Shown: positions 39,580 to 45,085 of the stretch, piece by piece
Position numbering within the stretch: the stretch's first letter is position 1
Layout of the letters: every line of letters begins with the position of its first letter
From: an uncultured Candidatus Sumerlaeota bacterium
Lineage (GTDB): Bacteria; CAYMEV01
Length of the DNA: 45,085 nucleotides
Direction of reading: 5' to 3'
NCBI GenBank assembly: GCA_964389675.1
Contig: CAYMEV010000005.1
Location: 124,001 to 169,085, forward strand
Translations under genes and position numbers: made by a program
Notes under the pieces: generated by a model
What the model saw: the letters and a program-made list of their open reading frames with translations, nothing else
Databases searched by the model: none
What the model was told of the DNA's origin: nothing

Positions 39580-39622
39580 CTTATATAAAAACTTATAAAT
39601 TTTAAGAAAAGGAGAAGAGCAG

Positions 39623-39874
39623 GTGACGGAATTATCAAAACAACAAAGAGAATTTTATAAAAACGCCTTAGAAACGACGGAGAAGGAATACAAAGACCTT
39701 GAACTTGAAGTAGAGCGTGAACTTGCAGCTGTTAAAGAGAGGCTGAATGAGCTTCAGGCAAGAAAAAAGCATGCAAGGCAGATCTATGATGCAGCATGCG
39801 CAATGCTTAAGGTTGAGAACAAACTCAGCAAACTTGACAAATCAGGTGGTGCTGACAAAAAGCAGGAATTATAA
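39623..39874 (+). CDS. Small coiled-coil hypothetical protein (83 aa)
   Basis: GTG start after AAGGAG; heptad pattern LELEVERELAAVKERLNELQ; followed by a terminator. Confidence 0.8.
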   Translation: MTELSKQQREFYKNALETTEKEYKDLELEVERELAAVKERLNELQARKKHARQIYDAACAMLKVENKLSKLDKSGGADKKQEL

Positions 39875-39915
39875 GCATTTTATAAGCATTTCATAGGAAC
39901 TGTTTATTTTTTATT

Positions 39916-39957
39916 TGCGGTTATGTTCATAAGAAAGGATGTAGCCGCATTTTTTTT
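39916..39957 (+). terminator. Rho-independent terminator
   Basis: 13-bp stem TGCGGTTATGTTC / GGATGTAGCCGCA with 4 G-U pairs, so it pairs fully only on the + strand RNA; 8-nt loop; T8 tract. Confidence 0.75.
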
Positions 39958-39962
39958 CATTT

Positions 39963-40538
39963 TCAGATTCCAAGGTCGGTTTCCTGGTATTCTTCAATAG
40001 AGTTTCTTATTGCTTCAGCTATCACAAAGAGGCCCTGATCTTTGATAAGTTCCATGTGAGAGCTGTTATACAGTGACAAGGGCTTGATAAGGACTGCCGG
40101 CATCATCAGCCCATTTATGCAGCAGAACTCCGGGTCATCTTCCTTCAAAGGCTTAATCACAACATTATCAGTATTCATATAGTTTTTAAGATTGGTGCCG
40201 AGTATATGTGAAAAGATAACCGTTGCATAATCGGCTGGCATATTGTATTCAATGATCAGCACATCATTCTGTGTTGAATCAACATTCAGATGACCTGCTA
40301 TATAGAGATGAACATTATGGTTGTTCGCATAATTATGCCTCTGCCAGTAGTCGCCTGTTAAGACCTTCTTGTCCAGATCATTTATTATTACATCTATGCC
40401 CTTTTGCTGCAGAAGAAAAGCTGTCTTGCTCATATAATCCTTGACAATATCTGCTTCATAGATGCCGTATGCAAAACGACCTTTGTCATTTGGCTGACTG
40501 GACTTATATAGATGCTGTATATCCAGAGCTACTTTCAT
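39963..40538 (-). CDS. N-acetylmuramoyl-L-alanine amidase (Amidase_3)-like protein, possibly catalytically impaired
   Basis: KVALDIQH, YEAD, R..YAN, LYIAGHLN, MPAVLIKP, IAEAI; GGAGG RBS. Confidence 0.75.
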   Translation of the reverse strand: MKVALDIQHLYKSSQPNDKGRFAYGIYEADIVKDYMSKTAFLLQQKGIDVIINDLDKKVLTGDYWQRHNYANNHNVHLYIAGHLNVDSTQNDVLIIEYNMPADYATVIFSHILGTNLKNYMNTDNVVIKPLKEDDPEFCCINGLMMPAVLIKPLSLYNSSHMELIKDQGLFVIAEAIRNSIEEYQETDLGI

Positions 40539-40601
40539 ATGATCATCCTCCTATAAATAATATTGATTTAATTTGTATTTTTAGTAAGATGAAGCATATT
40601 T

Positions 40602-43600
40602 ATGCTGAAGTCAATATATATAAAAGGCTTTAAGTCATTTTGCAATCCTGTGATTCTGGATATTAATGCACCTATTATAGTATTTATAGGTCCAAATGGC
40701 TGCGGAAAAAGCAATATATTCGATGCATTTCTCTGGATACTTGCTGAACAGAGCATAAAAAAGCTCAGGGGAGACAATGCCCAGGACCTGATATTCAGCG
40801 GCACCAAGAAGAAACCGGCATCAAACTTTGCTGAAGTAACGCTGGAAATTGATTCATCCCATATATCAGATATTGAAGAAATCCCGCTTAACATCACAAG
40901 GAGGATATTTAGAAACGAAACATCACAATTTCTGCTGAATGATAAGAGCACACGCCTGTTTTATATAAAAGAAAAGCTTGGTGAATATAATCTGAATATT
41001 TCACCCTTTTCCTTTATAAGCCAGGGAAATGTGGAGAACCTGCTTAATAAAAAACCATCAGAGCTCAGGGAGATATTTGAAGATATTGCAGGAATATACA
41101 AATATAAAAAGATCATACAAAACTATAAGCAAAGCATAGAACAGAAATACTTCGAATTCAATGTACTGAAAGAAAAGAAGGAACAGATCCTTTCCAGGCT
41201 TGAAAGCCTGAGGTCTCAATCAGAAAAAGCCATAAAATACCAGCAGATTTATTCAGAAAAACAAAACCTGTATAAAGAATCTCTGATACTTAAGTTCAGG
41301 CGGTATTTTGAAAAGGTTACAAAACACAAAACAGCCAAAATACAGCTTGACATGGATTATAAGGAATCTAATGCTCAGCATGAGATACTAAACAGCAAAA
41401 AATTAGGCATAGCAAGGGATCTTGATAATATAATCCAGAAGATCAGGATAATTGATAAAGATTACAGCAACAGGTCAAAAAAGGATATTGAATTGAAATC
41501 GAATAAAAATGTCCTCAATGAAAAGATTGACCTCAATGAAAAAGAAATAAAAAGGCTTGAGAATGAGATAGTCAAATCAGAAAAGCAGAATGAAGAGCTG
41601 AAATATAAACTTCAGATTGATCGGGATAAAATCCTGGCCCTGAATAAAAAAACAGATGATATTCATGTACAGTCATCTCAACTAAATGAAAAGAAAAATG
41701 CTCTGGAAAGCATATTAAACAGCGGGGAGAATGAAGCCCGGGCTCTTAATTCAAAAATTCTAAAACTGTCTGAAGAGGTCTCTGAAGGTATGGACTTGAT
41801 CAATGCACGAGAAAAAGAGCTGATAGAATTCCAGGGAATTCTCAAAAACAGAAAAGAACTGAAAAACAAGCTTGAATCAAGGCTTGATCAATTAAACAGG
41901 GAAAAAAACTCCTTACAGGGCCAGATCGAAGAAAATACACCTGTTCTTGAAGGGATTCAAAAGGAAATTGAAAATTTAACCAGGAAGATAAACAAAGAAA
42001 ATGAGATATATAGCAAATTGTCCAGGAAGCTTCAGGAGATCAGAGAGGAAAAAATATCAGTGCAATCAAAGCTCGAAACACTCAAATCCATTGAAAGAAA
42101 AGACAGGTCAGAGCCCTTGAATCTTAAAGGCTTAAAAGGCTATCTCGGGGTATTCTATGATATTTTTGAATTTAATGAATCATGCATAAACTACATTGAC
42201 CCATTTCTTGAAAGCCTTTCAGAAGCACTTGTGTTTAATGATAACAGGACAATGACCGAGTTTATCAATTCATATACTGACAGGAATAGCCCCTCTGTCT
42301 GCGTAACCTCCCTTGAATTACTGGAAAAAAGCAAAGGGACTGCAGTCCTGTATAATAAAAATAAATATTTTATCCCCATAAAGCTCAAAAAGGATTTTTC
42401 ACCTGAAGATCACGAAAATTACGCTAATGAGAAGTTATTACTGAAATCTCCGTTTATAATATGCAATCCTTTGAACTGGCCTCATAAAAGCACTGTTCTG
42501 CATAAATTTAATATCAGGAAGCATGAAAGAAGAATATCGGAACTGAATGAAGATGAAAGACAGGCCGAAAAAAATGCTAAAAAAATAGATATAATCCTTG
42601 CAGGCCTGGATAAGGAGATCCATATCCAGAAATCCAGCCTGGAAGAGTGCAATCACAAAATAAGCTCTTCAAATACAGGTATTAAATCGCTTAGATCATC
42701 CATCTCTGAATTAAGGGATGAATTAAAAGCAAATGAGAGAGAAATAAAAATCTCTGAAGAAGAGATTAAAAAAATATCAGAATCCACTGCGAAAATTCAT
42801 GATCAGTTAAATGATACCAGCAGTGAGCTTAAAATATTAAGAGAGGAATATGATAACAGGAATCTTGAGCTGGAAACTCTAAGGATAGAGCTTAATAACC
42901 ATAAGGGAAAACTGCAGAAAAATGAATATACTCTCAGAAACCTGGACAATGAAACAGGCTTTCTTAAGAAAAGCATATCTGCAACAGAAGACAGCCTGAC
43001 CAATAATATGCTTAATCTTGAAGCAATTGAGGAGCGCATATCCCAGATTCATGATCTGCTGTCTTCATTCAGGGAGCAGCTTATTTTTTTCCATAATGAA
43101 CAGGTTTTGATACAAAAGAAGATCTCAGAAACTGCAGAAGAAAAAAAGCAACAGATTAAAATAAGGAACAGCATACAGAAGGACCTGGATAATATCGACC
43201 GTCTTATACAGCAGCAGAAAGAAAAGACTTCAGGTATCCATGAAAGCATTCACAAAATTGATATTGCACTTGAAAAAGATAAAACAATGCTTGAGATTAC
43301 AAAAAGTGAATTCCTGGAACACTATAATGATGAAGATATTCTCTACAGCTATGACCTGGACATCAAAGTAAATGATGCTGCACTGGAAGGATACAAGAGC
43401 AGGCTTAAGAATATGGACCAGGAGCTTTCTGATATAGGCGATATAAATCCGCTTGCAATAAAGGAATACGAAAAGGAAAATGAGAGATACAAAGAGTATC
43501 TGCTGCAGATGGAAGATATACAGTCAGCAATAGAAGAACTGGACTCGCTGATCAGCAAAACGAACAGGGAAGCTCTTGACAGATATTATAATACAATATA

Positions 43601-44045
43601 TAGTATTGAAGAGAATTTTAAAAAGATTTTTGGAAAATTATTCAATGGAGGTAATGCCCAGATTAATCTTTTAGATACTGAAGCTTCTGATGAGGAGCTG
43701 CCAATCCCATGCCCGGATATAATAATCAATCCCCCCGGAAAAAATATAAATAAGATAAACCTTCTCTCTGGAGGCGAAAAGGCTCTTTCTGCCCTGGCTC
43801 TTATTTTCAGCCTTTTTCTGTATAAACCAAGCCCTTTTTGCTTTCTTGATGAAGTAGATGCTTCTCTGGATGAAATAAATACTGTAAAATTTATTGAGCT
43901 GGTCAAAGAATTTTCCATGAATACCCAGTTCTTTATAATTACCCACAATAGAAAAACTATGTCAATAGGTGACTTTATTTATGGAATTACATCTGAGGAG
44001 AAAGGTATCTCAAAGGTCCTGTCCATATCCTTTGAGAACGAGTAA
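40602..44045 (+). CDS. smc: Chromosome segregation protein SMC
   Basis: GFKSF, Walker A GPNGCGKSN, LRG....DLIFSG, ISQG, long coiled coils, PPGK, LLSGGEK, PFCFLDEVDASLD, FFIITH. Confidence 0.93.
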   Translation: MLKSIYIKGFKSFCNPVILDINAPIIVFIGPNGCGKSNIFDAFLWILAEQSIKKLRGDNAQDLIFSGTKKKPASNFAEVTLEIDSSHISDIEEIPLNITRRIFRNETSQFLLNDKSTRLFYIKEKLGEYNLNISPFSFISQGNVENLLNKKPSELREIFEDIAGIYKYKKIIQNYKQSIEQKYFEFNVLKEKKEQILSRLESLRSQSEKAIKYQQIYSEKQNLYKESLILKFRRYFEKVTKHKTAKIQLDMDYKESNAQHEILNSKKLGIARDLDNIIQKIRIIDKDYSNRSKKDIELKSNKNVLNEKIDLNEKEIKRLENEIVKSEKQNEELKYKLQIDRDKILALNKKTDDIHVQSSQLNEKKNALESILNSGENEARALNSKILKLSEEVSEGMDLINAREKELIEFQGILKNRKELKNKLESRLDQLNREKNSLQGQIEENTPVLEGIQKEIENLTRKINKENEIYSKLSRKLQEIREEKISVQSKLETLKSIERKDRSEPLNLKGLKGYLGVFYDIFEFNESCINYIDPFLESLSEALVFNDNRTMTEFINSYTDRNSPSVCVTSLELLEKSKGTAVLYNKNKYFIPIKLKKDFSPEDHENYANEKLLLKSPFIICNPLNWPHKSTVLHKFNIRKHERRISELNEDERQAEKNAKKIDIILAGLDKEIHIQKSSLEECNHKISSSNTGIKSLRSSISELRDELKANEREIKISEEEIKKISESTAKIHDQLNDTSSELKILREEYDNRNLELETLRIELNNHKGKLQKNEYTLRNLDNETGFLKKSISATEDSLTNNMLNLEAIEERISQIHDLLSSFREQLIFFHNEQVLIQKKISETAEEKKQQIKIRNSIQKDLDNIDRLIQQQKEKTSGIHESIHKIDIALEKDKTMLEITKSEFLEHYNDEDILYSYDLDIKVNDAALEGYKSRLKNMDQELSDIGDINPLAIKEYEKENERYKEYLLQMEDIQSAIEELDSLISKTNREALDRYYNTIYSIEENFKKIFGKLFNGGNAQINLLDTEASDEELPIPCPDIIINPPGKNINKINLLSGGEKALSALALIFSLFLYKPSPFCFLDEVDASLDEINTVKFIELVKEFSMNTQFFIITHNRKTMSIGDFIYGITSEEKGISKVLSISFENE

Positions 44046-44053
44046 CTGAAAAC

Positions 44054-44800
44054 ATGAAAAATCTTTCCAGTGCACTGAGAAATAAAGGCAGGATATCCAG
44101 AATTGCTGTATTAACAGGCTCAGGAATATCTGCTGAAAGCGGTATACCTACATTCAGAGGGCATAACGGGCTTTGGATGGATTACAGAATAGATGATGTG
44201 GCTACCTGTGAAGGATTCAAAAAAGATCCCGGCCTTGTCTGGGAGTTCTATGAAAAAAGAAGGCTTGAAGTAATTAAGACTAAACCTAACAGGGGACATT
44301 ATGCAATTGCTGACCTTGAAGAGTCTGCTGTAAGTTCAGGAAGGAATTTTACGCTATGCACTCAAAATGTTGATGGCCTTCACAAAAGGGCGGGAAGCAA
44401 AAATGTACTGGAGCTTCATGGAAGCCTGTTTGAATCATTTTGTACCAAATGCGGGAAATCAGCAGGCCTTCCAGAAAATCCTCTTCCGCATCTGCCCCCG
44501 AAATGCCAGGAATGTAACGGCATGATGAGGCCGAATGTAGTGTGGTTTGGTGAACCTCTTGCACAGGATATAATTGAAAAGGCCTTCAGCTCAATGGATT
44601 GTGACCTTCTTATCATAGTCGGAACATCCCTTCAGGTATACCCTGTTGCATATCTGCCTTTCCTGGCACTTAAAAATGGTGCAGTCGTAATAGAAGTAAA
44701 CATTACCGCTACTTCAGCCTCGGACTATTTTGTGTTCATAAAGGGGAAAGCAGGCCAGGTCATGAATGAGATAGCGGATACTATTAAAGGATATTTGTAG
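44054..44800 (+). CDS. cobB: NAD-dependent protein deacylase (sirtuin, CobB)
   Basis: LTGSGISAESGIPTFRG, WEFYEKRR, TQNVDGLH, ELHGS, CTKC/CQEC, RPNVVWFGE, GTSLQVYP. Confidence 0.94.
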   Translation: MKNLSSALRNKGRISRIAVLTGSGISAESGIPTFRGHNGLWMDYRIDDVATCEGFKKDPGLVWEFYEKRRLEVIKTKPNRGHYAIADLEESAVSSGRNFTLCTQNVDGLHKRAGSKNVLELHGSLFESFCTKCGKSAGLPENPLPHLPPKCQECNGMMRPNVVWFGEPLAQDIIEKAFSSMDCDLLIIVGTSLQVYPVAYLPFLALKNGAVVIEVNITATSASDYFVFIKGKAGQVMNEIADTIKGYL

Positions 44801-44835
44801 GTAGATATAAATAAAAAAATGAACAGAAGCATATT

Positions 44836-45085
44836 ATGTACGAACACTGCATAGACATATCCAGCTGCAGAAATCTTGATGGACTTTTTGGAAGCGATGA
44901 TATTCATCTGGATCAGTTAAGCTCCAGGTTTGATGTCGAAATCTTTCTGAGGAACAATGAATTAATCATCAAAGGAAAGAAAATAAACGTTAATAGAGCT
45001 GTCAGGATAATTTCAGATATGATAAAATATCTTGATAATAGTAAAAAAAATAATATAACATCAGGATTAGATATGTTAATTGAAA
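44836..45085 (+). CDS. PhoH-family protein, N-terminal KH-like part, truncated by the window end (absent from the ORF track)
   Basis: My translation MYEHCIDISSCRNLDGLFGSDDIHLDQLSSRFDVEIFLRNNELIIKG... fits the PhoH/YbeZ N-terminus LFG..D.HL......V.I..R...L.I.G; the frame stays open to the end. Confidence 0.7.
   Translation, partial: MYEHCIDISSCRNLDGLFGSDDIHLDQLSSRFDVEIFLRNNELIIKGKKINVNRAVRIISDMIKYLDNSKKNNITSGLDMLIE

Noticed and set aside
39870-39891. 11-bp tandem duplication TATAAGCATTT x2 at the stop codon of the 83-aa gene
   Set aside because: Only two short AT-rich copies, with no associated element; probably replication slippage.
40602-44800. SMC next to a SIR2-family gene as a possible anti-phage system (Wadjet/Lamassu/Thoeris-like)
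   Set aside because: Both look like housekeeping orthologues: a full-length condensin SMC and a CobB with Zn ribbon and deacylase motifs. They are followed by phoH, and no jetABD or effector genes are present.
1-45085. Alternative genetic code, RNA genes, integrases or transposases
   Set aside because: TAA, TAG and TGA all end full-length conserved genes. Intergenic gaps are under about 190 bp and show no tRNA or riboswitch I can recognise. No recombinase motifs were seen.

Overview
AT-rich, gene-dense bacterial chromosomal segment with about 34 CDS; the first (glycerate kinase) and last (PhoH-like) are cut by the window edges. It uses the standard code. I found no rRNA, tRNA, CRISPR array or mobile element. 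TonB-C, TolB-like and beta-barrel proteins imply a diderm host, and several families look like those of Acidobacteriota-related or candidate lineages (inference only). Most genes are housekeeping: ntrX-like regulator, folP, cdaA-cdaR, dusB, two SPOUT methyltransferases, pheS/pheT, malQ, gldAFG-like ABC transporter, mtnA, smc, cobB, phoH. The best candidate for an undescribed system is a three-gene unit at 35361-39957. It encodes a receiver protein, a 1182-aa pseudo-receiver / acidic repeat / Ser-Thr kinase / TM / TPR / TonB-C fusion, and a small coiled-coil protein. The first two share a paralogous receiver and a 16-aa amphipathic motif. Other oddities: an archaeal/eukaryotic-type PheRS with a Zn-ribbon-like insertion, a soluble STAND-TPR-GAF histidine kinase, a GT-C protein with a Cys-less YHS-like insert, an amidase with Lys at the catalytic Glu position, and an SMC whose hinge lacks the glycine motif. 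All calls come from motif recognition by eye; no database search was run.
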